Below, one piece after another: positions 63,958-64,000 of a stretch of 64,000 nucleotides of DNA; the first letter of the stretch is position 1; the number at the start of each line of letters is the position of its first letter. The stretch is from Alphaproteobacteria bacterium (lineage in GTDB: Bacteria > Pseudomonadota > Alphaproteobacteria > RF32 > CAG-239). Location: contig JAEEYV010000027.1 in assembly GCA_016288295.1 (NCBI GenBank), positions 7,797-71,796 on the forward strand, read 5' to 3'. The notes under the pieces are model-generated. The model made no database searches and was not told the origin of the DNA. It saw nothing but the letters and a program-made list of their open reading frames with translations. The position numbers were made by a program, and so were the translations under genes.

Positions 63958-64000
63958 AATTGTTAAGATTAATAATTTTTTGTTGCTGTGATTGTAGCAG

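Overview
AT-rich (roughly 38-40% GC by eye), gene-dense segment from a Gram-negative, probably host-associated bacterium. ELM1/DUF1022, an RquA-like methyltransferase, cmk-rpsA synteny and an LplT-Aas fusion weakly suggest an alphaproteobacterial lineage. About 45 kb of the window is an accessory secretion and pilus region. (1) An oversized VirB-type type IV secretion operon lies on the minus strand (34375 down to 8983). Its order is three tandem VirB2 pilin paralogs, VirB3, VirB4, four secreted non-membrane proteins, VirB8, a VirB7-like lipoprotein, a second VirB8, a VirB9 with a SPOR-like tail, a 1636-aa repeat protein, a 1436-aa VirB10 carrying the same repeat, and VirB11. (2) A plus-strand module (179-8947) holds an M23-peptidase/VirB6-like fusion, a dual-HTH/S24-like repressor, an acidic Trp-repeat protein, a small secretin-like lipoprotein and a bitopic membrane protein. 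(3) An R64-type (pilL-N-O-P-Q-R-S order) type IVb pilus cluster (36336-45287) is transcribed divergently from the T4SS. No VirD4, relaxase, integrase or prepilin peptidase is visible. The most unusual element is a roughly 19-20-aa D-x-x-G-x-x-I-G repeat that fills two adjacent giant T4SS proteins. It includes near-identical 165-bp tandem DNA cassettes, which recalls CagY. The right-hand 19 kb is mostly housekeeping: LtaS-family enzyme, CbpA-like DnaJ, RsmE, Cmk, RpsA, tRNA-Ser(GGA), MFS and CPA2 transporters, and LplT-Aas. This part contains a duplicated tRNA 3' end interrupted by a GC-rich insert, and two families of intergenic hairpin repeats at the island edge. All calls come from reading the ORF translations and the DNA by eye; no database search was possible.
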